Sequence record: MK373793.1
Source of the DNA: Escherichia phage vB_EcoS_MM01
DNA length: 43,157 bases
Strand: one strand, 5' to 3'
Positions 15,973 to 26,279 of the stretch are shown one piece after another. The notes under the pieces were generated by a model, which searched no databases, was not told the DNA's origin, and saw nothing but the letters and a program-made list of their open reading frames with translations. The first letter of the stretch is position 1; the number at the start of each line of letters is the position of its first letter. A program made the position numbers and the translations under genes.

Positions 15973-18741
15973 ATGGCAACAAATGAATTAGCCGGAATCA
16001 CACTAGCCGTAGATGTCTCGCAGGTAGACAGGGGAACGCAGTCACTACAGAAGTTTAGGCAGGCTAACCAACAGGCCGCTTCCGGCATTAGTGAATTCGT
16101 CAACGCTGAGCAGGTTGCTAAAAACCAGGCGAGAGATACCGCGCGAGCACTTGCTGAGCAACAGGCCTCACTGGCTAAGCTGCAAACAGCCATTGATCCA
16201 ACCGCGGCAAAGTTCCGTAAACTCCAAGAGGCGGCGGTAGGTCTTGATAAGGCGTTCGCGGCTGGCGTAGTTCCTGATGAGGAGTTTTTCCGATTAGGTG
16301 AGGCGCTTGAAACGCAGAATGCAAAGCTAGCTCGCTCACGTGCGGCATTAACCGAAGAGGGTAGAGCGGCAGCGCAGGAAGCAAAGGATAAGTCAAAGGC
16401 AAAGGCTGAGGCAGATAGATTCATTGCATCACTGCAACGCCAGGCTCAAGCTGCAACATTGACGCGCGAGGAATATCTTAAGCTACAGGCGGCCCAGCTT
16501 GGCGTATCAGCGCAGGCTACACCATTAATTAACCAGATTGGCACTGCAACCCAGAGAACCGTTGAGAATCTTGGCAGGCAAGCCGCAGCATTCCAGAAGT
16601 CCGGTCTAAGCGCTGGTCAGTACAAGAATGCCATTAGTCAGCTACCAGCGCAGATTACTGACATTGGGACTTCATTGGCTGGCGGTATTCCTATCTGGTT
16701 AATTGCAATACAGCAGGGTGGTCAGATTAAGGATAGTTTCGGCGGCATCGCCAATACGGCGCGATTCCTGCTTTCTTACCTTACGCCACTAACCGCCGCC
16801 GCCGGTCTTCTTGGTGCTGGTTTCGCTTATGCAGCTGTTAGCATATACAAAAGCGAGGCCGCAATAAAGGAAGCGAGAAAGGCTATTGAGGATACACTTG
16901 GAGTTACAGGTGAATCCGCAAGAAAGCTAAGCATTAGTATTGCAAGGATCGCCGAGGCTTCAGACAAGACAGCTGAGGATATTACAAAGGCGTTCGTTTC
17001 AACAAGAGACGGAGCTCAGGAAGCAATCCTGAAACTCATTGATGTTGGTGTTAGCTACGAAGATGCAAGGGAGCTTGTTGAGAGATACAAAGACTCTTCA
17101 AACTTCACTCAGGTTAACGCTGAGATTGAAAAACACAGACTTGAAGCCGCAAAGATTAAAGATAGCTGGTTCGAGAACGCTAAGGCAGTTAGCTACTACA
17201 ATGATGTTGCGGTGCAAGGTCTAGTTAATTCGCCACTAACAAACGTTGCGGCAAGAAACAGCGCTGCAATTCAGGAGTTCGCAAGCCTTCTCGAGCAAGA
17301 TGTAAACAAAGCTCTAATTGATGGGAATAGATACGTTGCTGAGCAGGTTGATTTAATTGGTAAAGAGTACCTTGCACTTGACCGCGTGGCTGGTGCGGAG
17401 AAATCCCTTGCCGATGCAAGAAAGCAAGCTGCGGCTATTGCAAGAAGCGGTAATGCTGAAGCCATAGCTCAGGCTAATAGAGTAATTCAGCTTCGCCAGC
17501 GTGAACTTGATGAAGCCAAGAAGGCCGAAGCAGAGAGAAATAAGCCAGCCAAAACCAAAGCACCAAAGGAAGCCAGAGACCTTACCATAAATTACGAGTC
17601 AGGAGTTCTTGCGCTGGAGGCTCAATTAAGGCTGCTTAAGGATGTTGGGGGCCAGACAAAGGCGATAAGTACTGAGCGGAGGAAGCTACTTGAGGAAGAG
17701 GCTAAGTTTGCAATCCTTGAGGAGCGTCAGGCTGCTGGGACAATCGGCAGAGAGCAAGCAAGGCTTCTTCTTGAGAAAGATAAAGTTCTCGAGTTAGCCA
17801 GACAGAAGGCAGAGTTAGGCGATCAGATTGTTTTGCAGGAGAGAGCCAATAAGTTAGCCGAAGACAATAGGAAGAAGACTCTTCAGATTAACAACGAGGC
17901 AAATAACATTGATTTGGGTGCTGGTTTGTCATCTCGTGAACAGCAGAGGGCGAGAGAAATCCAGGCGCTTCAGTCCAATCAGGTTAATGCTGGCGGCGCT
18001 ATTGATGACGTAGATTTTACACAACTTCTAGAAGCAAGGCGTAACTTTTATGCTCAGGAAGATGCGCTACGTGAAAACTGGCTTGCTGGCGTGAATCAAT
18101 CCTTTGCCAATTGGGCTGAGAGCGCGACGGATGCCTTCTCAATTGCTGGAAGTTTAACCACAACCGTATTTGAGGGCATTACAGACCAGATTACCAACCT
18201 TGTAACCACTGGCGAAACAAACTTCAGGGAGTTTACTGTTAGCATCCTTAAGCAGATTGCTAAGATTGCAACCCAACTTCTTATTGTTAAGGCTATTGAG
18301 TCTAGCTTGAGTAGCTTTGGTGGTACTGGTGGCGCGATTGGCTCTATAGCATCTGCGATTGGTGGTGGATTTGCTAATGGTGGTTACACTGGCAGTGGCG
18401 GGAAATATCAACCAGCAGGCACGGTTCACAAAGGCGAGTTTGTATTCACAAAAGAAGCAACAAGCCGCATTGGTGTTAAAAACCTTTATGCACTAATGAA
18501 AGGCTATGCAAATGGCGGCGCTGTTGGTGGCTCTTCAGGATATGCAAATGGCGGCTTGGTTTCTGGTGGTTCAGATGTTAATGTTAGCGGCATTACTGTT
18601 AACGTTAATGGTGGAATTGGAAGCGACCCAGAACAGGCCAAGGCGCTGCAAAATGGCGTCAAGGCAATTGTAGCTGAAGAGATTTCTCAGTCCTTCCAGC
18701 AGGGTGGCCGTGCTTATCAGTACCTTAGAGGTTTTAACTAA
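15973..18741 (+). CDS. tail tape measure protein
   Basis: 922 aa, long Ala/Gln/Lys-rich helical region, Gly-rich C-terminus, position after G/GT. Confidence 0.8.
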   Translation: MATNELAGITLAVDVSQVDRGTQSLQKFRQANQQAASGISEFVNAEQVAKNQARDTARALAEQQASLAKLQTAIDPTAAKFRKLQEAAVGLDKAFAAGVVPDEEFFRLGEALETQNAKLARSRAALTEEGRAAAQEAKDKSKAKAEADRFIASLQRQAQAATLTREEYLKLQAAQLGVSAQATPLINQIGTATQRTVENLGRQAAAFQKSGLSAGQYKNAISQLPAQITDIGTSLAGGIPIWLIAIQQGGQIKDSFGGIANTARFLLSYLTPLTAAAGLLGAGFAYAAVSIYKSEAAIKEARKAIEDTLGVTGESARKLSISIARIAEASDKTAEDITKAFVSTRDGAQEAILKLIDVGVSYEDARELVERYKDSSNFTQVNAEIEKHRLEAAKIKDSWFENAKAVSYYNDVAVQGLVNSPLTNVAARNSAAIQEFASLLEQDVNKALIDGNRYVAEQVDLIGKEYLALDRVAGAEKSLADARKQAAAIARSGNAEAIAQANRVIQLRQRELDEAKKAEAERNKPAKTKAPKEARDLTINYESGVLALEAQLRLLKDVGGQTKAISTERRKLLEEEAKFAILEERQAAGTIGREQARLLLEKDKVLELARQKAELGDQIVLQERANKLAEDNRKKTLQINNEANNIDLGAGLSSREQQRAREIQALQSNQVNAGGAIDDVDFTQLLEARRNFYAQEDALRENWLAGVNQSFANWAESATDAFSIAGSLTTTVFEGITDQITNLVTTGETNFREFTVSILKQIAKIATQLLIVKAIESSLSSFGGTGGAIGSIASAIGGGFANGGYTGSGGKYQPAGTVHKGEFVFTKEATSRIGVKNLYALMKGYANGGAVGGSSGYANGGLVSGGSDVNVSGITVNVNGGIGSDPEQAKALQNGVKAIVAEEISQSFQQGGRAYQYLRGFN

Positions 18742-18771
18742 TTAACGGGGCTTCGGCCCCTAAGGATTTTT

Positions 18772-19122
18772 ATGGCTATTGATACATTTAATTACTGCAC
18801 TCAAATCCAGAATGGGGGCGGTTCATTCTCTAACACAAACAACGTGCGAATTGTTAGCTTCGGGAATGGTTTCGAGCAAAGAGGAACTGGGGGCTATCGA
18901 AGCAATAAGCGCAGCTACCAGATGACCTATACAAACAAGAACTGGCGTGAGGTTATGGATTTCTGTTTCAATCACATCATCACACCATTCTTCTGGAAAA
19001 CACCGCAAGGCGATACTTCTATGTTTGTTATTCAGCAGGATAGCATTTCAGTTACGCCATTAAGTAGCGAAGTTCAAACTGTAAACATGCAATTCGTGGA
19101 AGTCTTTAGCTCAATGCGTTAA
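18772..19122 (+). CDS. minor tail protein (lambda gpM-like)
   Basis: 116 aa directly after tape measure; first of M-L-K-I-J order. Confidence 0.65.
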   Translation: MAIDTFNYCTQIQNGGGSFSNTNNVRIVSFGNGFEQRGTGGYRSNKRSYQMTYTNKNWREVMDFCFNHIITPFFWKTPQGDTSMFVIQQDSISVTPLSSEVQTVNMQFVEVFSSMR

Positions 19123-19126
19123 ACTA

Positions 19127-19149
19127 AGCCCCTATACGGGGCTTTTTTT
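19127..19149 (+). terminator. rho-independent terminator
   Basis: gcccc-tatac-ggggc hairpin plus T7. Confidence 0.65.
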
Positions 19150-19194
19150 ATATGATACATTGTATTTCATAACTAATTTCACAACGAGAAATTT

Positions 19195-19719
19195 ATGGAA
19201 GAAATGCGTAGAGTTTGCAAGAAGTGCGGGGTAGAGAAGATTCATTCAGAGTTCGCAAAGCATAAGCAGTGCATGTTTGGTATAACTCATGAATGTAGAG
19301 TTTGTGCACTTAAGAGGTCTCAATACAGAACGCCAGATAAGCTGGCAATGAAATCAGAATACGACAAGAGAAGATATGAGAGAAGTTCAAAAAGGCAGAA
19401 AATAGATAGGGAATCTGACCCAGCGAAATACAAACTTTCAACATACAAAAGCTTTGATAAAAAGAGAGGTCTCAATTCTGACATAGACTACGAATTTGTT
19501 CTAAATGCAATAGATTCACCTTGCTTTTATTGCGGATTAAAAGATAAGCAAAATGTTGGGTTAGATAGAATTGAAAACTCAATTGGTCACATGAAGTCAA
19601 ACGTAGTTCCGTGTTGCTCATTATGTAACATGACAAGGGGTGATAGATTTACTCATGAGGATTTTAAAGAGTTTATAGCACCTTCAATAGCTAAATTTAG
19701 AGAGGCAAATAAATGCTAA
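19195..19719 (+). CDS. HNH endonuclease (free-standing, putative homing endonuclease)
   Basis: Cys-rich zinc motifs CKKCG...CRVC and HNH core CFYCG...GLDRIEN...GH...CCSLCN; AT-rich; inserted between M-like and L-like tail genes. Confidence 0.7.
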   Translation: MEEMRRVCKKCGVEKIHSEFAKHKQCMFGITHECRVCALKRSQYRTPDKLAMKSEYDKRRYERSSKRQKIDRESDPAKYKLSTYKSFDKKRGLNSDIDYEFVLNAIDSPCFYCGLKDKQNVGLDRIENSIGHMKSNVVPCCSLCNMTRGDRFTHEDFKEFIAPSIAKFREANKC

Positions 19720-20468
19720 GTGCAAAATTTGAGAATCAGCTACAATCTTTATTTCCTGGAGAGGTGGTAACATTGATTCAGGTTGATGGTACATCATTTG
19801 GTGCAAATATATTTAACTTCCACAATGAGAACATTTCATACACACCTGAAGAAATTATGATTTCCCAAATGAACGGAGAACCACTACCAGAGAAGACCAT
19901 CACATTTCGTGGTGAAGAGTATGGGCCTAGACCTTTTGGTATCTCGGGTATCAATATGACTTCTGACGGTAAAGCAAATAAGGTGACACTAACCGTTTCA
20001 AACGTAGATCAGCGCATTAGTGCACTTATCCGCACTTACAATGGATTGGTAAAGGCTAAGGTTACCATCTGGATTACTACACGCGATAACATTAATGAAG
20101 ACGGAAGTATTGCTGATGGGGACTATCGCCGATTTGTTTACTTCATTGAGCGCCCCAAACAGGTTGACTACAAGACTGCCTCGTTTGAGCTAAGTAGCCC
20201 AATTGATATGGACGGTATTTACATCCCTGCCAGACTTGTTCAGTCTGTTTGCTACTGGGCTTCAAGGGGCTGGTATCGCAGCGGGAATGGTTGTGCTTAT
20301 GCTGGTAATAGATACTTCAATAAGGATGATGAGCCAGTGTCAGACCCATCATTAGACTTCTGCGCCGGAACGGTAAACAGTTGCAAAATTAGATTTGGTG
20401 CTAACAATCAATTGGATTTCGGTGGTTGTGCGGCAGCAAGTCTTCAAGCTAAAGCCAATCAGAGCTAA
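19713..20468 (+). CDS. minor tail protein (lambda gpL-like)
   Basis: 251 aa; C-terminal four-Cys cluster (CYWASRGW...C...C...C) as in gpL Fe-S proteins. Confidence 0.7.
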   Translation: MLSAKFENQLQSLFPGEVVTLIQVDGTSFGANIFNFHNENISYTPEEIMISQMNGEPLPEKTITFRGEEYGPRPFGISGINMTSDGKANKVTLTVSNVDQRISALIRTYNGLVKAKVTIWITTRDNINEDGSIADGDYRRFVYFIERPKQVDYKTASFELSSPIDMDGIYIPARLVQSVCYWASRGWYRSGNGCAYAGNRYFNKDDEPVSDPSLDFCAGTVNSCKIRFGANNQLDFGGCAAASLQAKANQS

Positions 20469-20481
20469 AGAGGATTTATCA

Positions 20482-21240
20482 ATGTTAACACCGAAAGTTA
20501 AACTGCAAATCTTCCAGCACGCAAAGGAAGTTTACCCGCATGAATGCTGCGGGGTTGTTACACAAAAGGGTCGTGCGCAGAAGTATCACAGAATCACAAA
20601 CACAAGCAAAGACCCTGAAAATGAGTTTGTACTCGATTCAAACGAGTATTCTGATATTGCATTTGGATTATCTGATAACGAGTCAATTGTTTACGTGGTT
20701 CACTCACATACTGGTGATGGCGCAACAACAAGGCCTAGCCCTGCGGATATCTGTAGCTGCAACGAGTGCGAGATTCCTTACGTTATCGTAAGCATCCCAG
20801 AAGGAGACATGAGAACCCTTGAACCTTCAACCATGCCACTGATTGGTCGCCCATGGGGTTTAGGTAGCTTTGATTGCTGGGAGTTAGTTATGGCTTTCCA
20901 CAAGAAATACGGCGTCAAACTGAATGACTATCGAGTTAATTACCCGTGGTGGGAGAAGAAGTACGGCGAAAATATCTATGATGACAACTGGATTAAGGAA
21001 GGTTTTGAGCTGGTAAAAACTTCTGATATTCCTGTTGGCTCAATGATTATGATGCAGGCGCAAAGCGATGTTACAAACCACGCAGGAATATACATTGGCA
21101 ATAACAGATTCATCCACCACCTCTATGGTAAAATGAGTTCTGTTGATATCTACTCCGATTACTGGCGCGAGCGCACAGTGCGAATTGTTCGCCATAAGGA
21201 TTTACCAGAGGATGTAAGTTATGACCCAGAAACTGATTGA
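20482..21240 (+). CDS. tail assembly protein (lambda gpK-like; MPN/JAMM + NlpC/P60-like)
   Basis: ECCG and HSHTGDG...SPAD JAMM-like motif near N-terminus; ATG 20482 inside track ORF 20395. Confidence 0.75.
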   Translation: MLTPKVKLQIFQHAKEVYPHECCGVVTQKGRAQKYHRITNTSKDPENEFVLDSNEYSDIAFGLSDNESIVYVVHSHTGDGATTRPSPADICSCNECEIPYVIVSIPEGDMRTLEPSTMPLIGRPWGLGSFDCWELVMAFHKKYGVKLNDYRVNYPWWEKKYGENIYDDNWIKEGFELVKTSDIPVGSMIMMQAQSDVTNHAGIYIGNNRFIHHLYGKMSSVDIYSDYWRERTVRIVRHKDLPEDVSYDPETD

Positions 21241-21793
21241 TATTAAGTTAGGCCTGTCTATAGGTAGAAGGTTTGGCAAGGTTCACCAAATGGCGGTGAG
21301 CAGCGTGCCCGAAGCAATGCGAGCACTATGTTCACAGATCCCTGCCTTCAAGGAGTTCATGAATAGCCATGTGGGGCAAAACACCAGATATGCTATTTTT
21401 GTGGATGGTAAAAATGTGAACGAGCATCGAATCGAAGATTTCAACGCCGTTCAGGAGATACGAATCTTACCAATTCCTCGGGGCCGTAAGTCTGGCGGGT
21501 TATTTCAGACAATTTTAGGCGCCGCTCTTATTACTGTTGGTATCTTCACTGGGCAAGTTTACTTGATTGGTGCTGGTGTTTCTCTGGCTGCTGGTGGTAT
21601 TGCTCAGCTGCTTTCACCTCAAGCTACTGGGTTGAAAGACCAAAGCAACCAGACGAGCAATAGAGCATCTTACGCATTCGGCTCTGCCGTGAACACGGTA
21701 GCTGCTGGTTATCCTGTTTGCCTTCCGTATGGTTATCGAACAGTTGGTGGGTCGGTATTTTCGGCCGGCAGTTATGCAGAAGACAATGCTTAA
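21221..21793 (+). CDS. tail assembly protein (lambda gpI-like)
   Basis: 190 aa between K-like and J-like genes; hydrophobic Gly-rich C-terminal half. Confidence 0.6.
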   Translation: MTQKLIDIKLGLSIGRRFGKVHQMAVSSVPEAMRALCSQIPAFKEFMNSHVGQNTRYAIFVDGKNVNEHRIEDFNAVQEIRILPIPRGRKSGGLFQTILGAALITVGIFTGQVYLIGAGVSLAAGGIAQLLSPQATGLKDQSNQTSNRASYAFGSAVNTVAAGYPVCLPYGYRTVGGSVFSAGSYAEDNA

Positions 21794-21799
21794 ATATCA

Positions 21800-21824
21800 T
21801 ACCCGCCTAGTGCGGGTTTTTTAT
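21800..21824 (+). terminator. rho-independent terminator
   Basis: acccgc-ctagt-gcgggt hairpin plus T6. Confidence 0.55.
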
Positions 21825-21873
21825 TTAGTGTAGAATGGCACAAATGATCAAAACAAACATGAGGCTTTATGAT

Positions 21874-24800
21874 ATGGCTGAAGAGATTAAGATTTATGGC
21901 GCTAAGGGTGGTAGCCAGAAGCAACACCAACCAGTAGAGCAGGAAGACAACCTTATTTCGGTGAACAAGGTTAAGGTATTGCTTGCCGTTGCTGATGGTG
22001 AGGTTGACCCTAATTTCTCCATGAAGGATTTATACCTTGCTGATGTGCCTGTTCAGAACCAGGATAACAGCTACAACTATGAAGGAGTTCGGGCAGAATT
22101 TCGCTCTGGGACTCAGTATCAGGATTACATTGCTGGGCTTGATGGTGCTAACTCAGAGATTCAGGCATCTCGTGAAATCACAAATGATACGCCTTACATC
22201 ATTGCGGTTAATAACAGTCAGCTTTCAGCAATTCGAGTTAAACTATTTTGGCCTCGACTAGTTAAACAGGAAAGCAATGGAGACCTGAATGGTACAACTT
22301 GCGAGTACGCAATTGACTTGTCTGTTAATGGTGGAGCATATCAGGAATACACTCGCGGAGTTGCAAACGGGAAGACAACAACTGGTTACGACCGTAGTAT
22401 CCGTGTAAACCTTCCGGCTGAATTTGATAGCGCGCTAGTTAGAATTCGGAAGATTACGCCTGATTCAACAATTAGCACTCTGGTTAATGGAATGCAGATT
22501 ACAACCTATCAGGAAGTGATTGACGCTAAATTCCGCTATCCGCTTACGGCTCTGGTTTACGTTGAGTTTGGCTCTGACCTGTTCCCTAATGGCATCCCGA
22601 CAATCTCTATCAAGAAGAGATGGAAACTTATTCAGGTTCCAACGAACTATAATCCAGAGACAAGAACTTATAGCGGCACATGGAATGGTCTATTTAAAAT
22701 GGCTTGGTCAAATAACCCTGCGTGGGTTCTTTATGACTTAGTAACAAACCGCCGCTATGGTCTTGACCAGCGAGAGTTGGGTGTAGAGATTGATAAGTGG
22801 GGTCTATACGAAGCCGCGCAATTCTGTGACCAGATGGTGCCGGATGGGAAAGGTGGAATGGAGCCGCGTTACCTGTGCGATATGGTTGTGCAGAATAAAG
22901 TTGAGGCCTACACGCTAATTCGTGATATCTGTTCAATATTCCGTGGCCTGACTTTCTATGATGGCGAAAAGATTGGTATCGTGGTTGATAAACCGCGAAA
23001 CCCGTCTTACATCTTCACTAATGATAACGTTGTAAACGGATTATTCAGCCGCACCTTTGCCAGTGATAAGAGTCTTTACACCACGGCAAACGTTCAGTTT
23101 GATGATGTTGAGAACAACTATCAGCAGGATGTTGAGCCAGTTTTTGAACTCGAGGCTACTCGCCGCTTTGGTTTTAACCCTGTTGATTTAACTGCTATTG
23201 GCTGTACTCGAAGAAGCGAAGCAAACAGGCGCGGTAGGTGGCTTCTAAAAACAAATCTGAGAAGCGAAACTATCAGCTTCACTACCGGACTGGAAGGCAT
23301 GATTCCGATGATTGGCGAGGTTATTGCGGTTAATGACGCAGCATGGTCTAGCAACTATCAATTAAACCTTTCTGGTCGAATCGAATCAGTGCAGGGGTTG
23401 CAGGTTTTTACCCCGTTTAAAGTTGACGCAGCACCTGGTGATAGAATCCTGCTTAACAAGCCTGACGGAAGCCCAGAGGCAAGAACCATTGCCAGCGTTT
23501 CGGAAGATGGTAGAACAATCAACCTTAACACTGCTTTCAGTTTTGTGGCTCAGCCGGATACTGTTTTCGCAATCGATAAGAACAACCTCGCGCTTCAGCA
23601 GTATGTGGTGACCGGGATTCAAAAAGCAGACACTGATGGTCAGGACTCATTTCAATATACGATTACTGCTGTAGAGTACGACCAGAACAAATACGATGAG
23701 ATTGACTACGGCGTTAACATCATTGACCGCCCAACATCAATTGTAGAGCCTGACAGATTATCGCCACCAGAAAACCTGACCGTGTCAAGCTACAGCAAGA
23801 TTGTTCAGGGATTGTCGGTTGAGACAATGGTTATTGGCTGGGATAAGGCGCCATACGCTAAAACATACAATGTTCAGTGGAGAAAAGAGAATGGTAACTG
23901 GATTAACGTACCCAGAACAGCTAGCACAGAAGTTGATATCGAGGGCATTTACGCAGGAATCTATGACGTTAGGGTTCGCAGCGTATCAGATACTGAAAAC
24001 GTGTCTGCATGGTCTGGTATTGTAACAAGAAGCCTTACTGGAAAGATTGGTAAGCCACCAAAGCTGCAGGTTATAACGGCGACTGATGACGAAGTTTTCG
24101 GAATTAGAGTTAAGTGGGGCTTTGCAGATGGTAGTGGCGACACTGCATACACAGAGCTTCAGCAGGTAGAGGACAATGGCGATGGCACATACAATCCAGA
24201 CAATGCAAGTTTACTTACTTTGGTTCCGTATCCTCAATATGAATATTGGCACTCTCCAATACAACCGGGTAAGGTTATTTGGTATAGGGCAAGAATCATA
24301 GACAGAATCGGAAACACTTCTGATTGGACTGATTTTGTTAGAGGTATGAGTACTGACGATGCGCAAAAGATAGCTGAGTACATTAAGGTTGATATAGAGC
24401 AGTCTGAAGGTTTTAAATACCTACAGCAGAATGCAATTGAGAAAAACCAGGACATTCAGAATCAAGCTGAGGCAATTATCGAGAACGCGTTGGCTAATGA
24501 TGGTGATGTTCGAAGAATGACAAAGGAGAATGGCAAACGTAAGGCTGAATATGTTCAGGCGGTTAATCTTATAGCTAATGAAACTGAGGCGCGTGTAGAG
24601 GCTCTCACGCAGCTTAAAGCGCAGATAGATGACGAGGTTGTGGCGTCAATTAGTGAAGTTCAGACAGCGCTAGCCACAGAGACCGAAGCAAGGACTACAG
24701 CTGACACAGCATTATCTGCAAGATTGGGTGATAATGAAGCAGCTCTAAACCAGAAGCTAGACGCTTTCTCTAATGCTACATCAACTGGCGTACAGTACGG

Positions 24801-25230
24801 AATAAGCCTTGGTCTTAAATACAATGGACAGACCTATTCATCTGGCATGAGTATGGAGCTAGTTGGCACTGGTGGAAATGTTCGCAGTCAGTTCATATTT
24901 GACGCAAACAGATTCGCCATAAGTAATGGCATTGGTTCTGGTTCCGGTCAGTGGCAATTGCCTTTCGTTGTCGAGAATGGGAGCGTAATCATCCAAAGCG
25001 CAGTTATCGGCGATGGTTCAATCAGTAACGCGAAGATTGGTAACTTTATTCAGTCAAACAATTACGTGGCTAACACTACCGGTTGGAGACTTGATAAAGG
25101 TGGCACATTCGAGAATAACGGGTCAACACCTGGTGAAGGTAGAATGAAGCAGACTAACCAAACAATTTCTGTAGCAGATGCAAATGGAAGGCTTCGTGTT
25201 CAGATTGGTCGTTTAACTGGAGTATACTAA
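21874..25230 (+). CDS. central tail fibre / host specificity protein (lambda gpJ-like)
   Basis: N-terminus GAKGGSQKQHQP...LISVNKVKVLLAVADGEVD and internal TPDSTISTL...YPLTALVYVEF match the lambda J pattern; start chosen at ATG 21874 with GAGG RBS (track 21835). Confidence 0.85.
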   Translation: MAEEIKIYGAKGGSQKQHQPVEQEDNLISVNKVKVLLAVADGEVDPNFSMKDLYLADVPVQNQDNSYNYEGVRAEFRSGTQYQDYIAGLDGANSEIQASREITNDTPYIIAVNNSQLSAIRVKLFWPRLVKQESNGDLNGTTCEYAIDLSVNGGAYQEYTRGVANGKTTTGYDRSIRVNLPAEFDSALVRIRKITPDSTISTLVNGMQITTYQEVIDAKFRYPLTALVYVEFGSDLFPNGIPTISIKKRWKLIQVPTNYNPETRTYSGTWNGLFKMAWSNNPAWVLYDLVTNRRYGLDQRELGVEIDKWGLYEAAQFCDQMVPDGKGGMEPRYLCDMVVQNKVEAYTLIRDICSIFRGLTFYDGEKIGIVVDKPRNPSYIFTNDNVVNGLFSRTFASDKSLYTTANVQFDDVENNYQQDVEPVFELEATRRFGFNPVDLTAIGCTRRSEANRRGRWLLKTNLRSETISFTTGLEGMIPMIGEVIAVNDAAWSSNYQLNLSGRIESVQGLQVFTPFKVDAAPGDRILLNKPDGSPEARTIASVSEDGRTINLNTAFSFVAQPDTVFAIDKNNLALQQYVVTGIQKADTDGQDSFQYTITAVEYDQNKYDEIDYGVNIIDRPTSIVEPDRLSPPENLTVSSYSKIVQGLSVETMVIGWDKAPYAKTYNVQWRKENGNWINVPRTASTEVDIEGIYAGIYDVRVRSVSDTENVSAWSGIVTRSLTGKIGKPPKLQVITATDDEVFGIRVKWGFADGSGDTAYTELQQVEDNGDGTYNPDNASLLTLVPYPQYEYWHSPIQPGKVIWYRARIIDRIGNTSDWTDFVRGMSTDDAQKIAEYIKVDIEQSEGFKYLQQNAIEKNQDIQNQAEAIIENALANDGDVRRMTKENGKRKAEYVQAVNLIANETEARVEALTQLKAQIDDEVVASISEVQTALATETEARTTADTALSARLGDNEAALNQKLDAFSNATSTGVQYGISLGLKYNGQTYSSGMSMELVGTGGNVRSQFIFDANRFAISNGIGSGSGQWQLPFVVENGSVIIQSAVIGDGSISNAKIGNFIQSNNYVANTTGWRLDKGGTFENNGSTPGEGRMKQTNQTISVADANGRLRVQIGRLTGVY

Positions 25231-25277
25231 GTGATAGAATTGGCAAATGGATTTGCCTACTTCAATTGGAGATAATT

Positions 25278-25583
25278 ATGGCTGAGTATGGAATTGCAAC
25301 ATATGATGCAAATGGTAATTACAATAACTACGGGATTAAGCCGGTTACGGTTGTCGCGGTTGTTGATTTAGCGGCAGGTCAAACTTCCGGATCATACACA
25401 TACACAATACCTAGCGGTTATAAGGTTGGGTACTTTATAACGTTAGATGAGGGGGCAGTTAATAATGGCAGGTACATAGTGGCGAGTGGTAACTCTATAA
25501 CCATTGTTCCGGGAAATGCTGCCGCAGATGGTTACTACCCAGCGACTAAGTGTAAAATGGTAGTTTATTTGGAGAAAGTATAA
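25278..25583 (+). CDS. small tail-tip associated protein (paralogue 1)
   Basis: ATG 25278 with GGAG RBS (track start 25266 is TTG); N-terminus MAEYGIATYDANGN resembles next gene. Confidence 0.45.
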   Translation: MAEYGIATYDANGNYNNYGIKPVTVVAVVDLAAGQTSGSYTYTIPSGYKVGYFITLDEGAVNNGRYIVASGNSITIVPGNAAADGYYPATKCKMVVYLEKV

Positions 25584-26254
25584 TGGCAGATTATGGCGCG
25601 ATAATTGATGTTAACGGAAACCCATTCATCACCCCCGCTTCAACTCCTTTTTGTCTTTACCGAAAGTATACTTTTCAGTCTTCGGGTGATTCTGCGGCGC
25701 ACAGTGTAACTCAATACTTACCTTTCAATTCAAGCTATCCAGTTAGCGTTTTCATTAAAACAAGCGCGCCAGGACAAGGTGTGGCAGTGATAGCATACAA
25801 CATAACAGAAGGTCCAAACGCAGGAACAATATATATAAATGGCACAAACTATGCGGGTCAATCATTCACATTGACGGCCTATGTTTTCGCTATATTCCCG
25901 CAAAATCTGCCAGATTGGGGAATGGCGATATGGGATGCGAAAGGCGATCTTGTACTGACCAACGAGAGCAAGGTGCTAAGCGACCTTTTTACTGTTAATG
26001 GAAGAGGTATAGATATTGACTCAACTTATCAAGGCAGCGTTGCGGTTTGCCCAGCGGCACTTGGCGCCCTTAACGTTTACCAGGTCCAGAATGGACAGCA
26101 AATAATAAGGTCCGCTACTGCTGGCGTTTCCTGTAGGTACAATGGATCAACAACAAGAATAAATGCAGTTCCATTGATAAACGGAACGCAGGCGTCAGGA
26201 GGAACAACCAACGGAGCAAGGGTTACGGCAATTTATACAGCAGCATACGACTAA
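25583..26254 (+). CDS. small tail-tip associated protein (paralogue 2)
   Basis: 223 aa, N-terminus MADYGAIIDVNGNP; ATGA-coupled to previous gene. Confidence 0.45.
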   Translation: MADYGAIIDVNGNPFITPASTPFCLYRKYTFQSSGDSAAHSVTQYLPFNSSYPVSVFIKTSAPGQGVAVIAYNITEGPNAGTIYINGTNYAGQSFTLTAYVFAIFPQNLPDWGMAIWDAKGDLVLTNESKVLSDLFTVNGRGIDIDSTYQGSVAVCPAALGALNVYQVQNGQQIIRSATAGVSCRYNGSTTRINAVPLINGTQASGGTTNGARVTAIYTAAYD

Positions 26255-26279
26255 AGCCCCTTCCGGGGCTTTTCATTTA

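Noticed and set aside
15969-16424. 151-aa antisense ORF inside the tape measure gene, and similar antisense or alternate-frame ORFs (4691..4894, 6110..6635, 7916..8167, 7941..8159, 9850..10179, 10258..10712, 22037..24455, 31656..31967, 32541..33487)
   Set aside because: They are shadow ORFs within long, compositionally biased genes, lack RBSs and are Ala/Leu/Arg-rich low-complexity translations.
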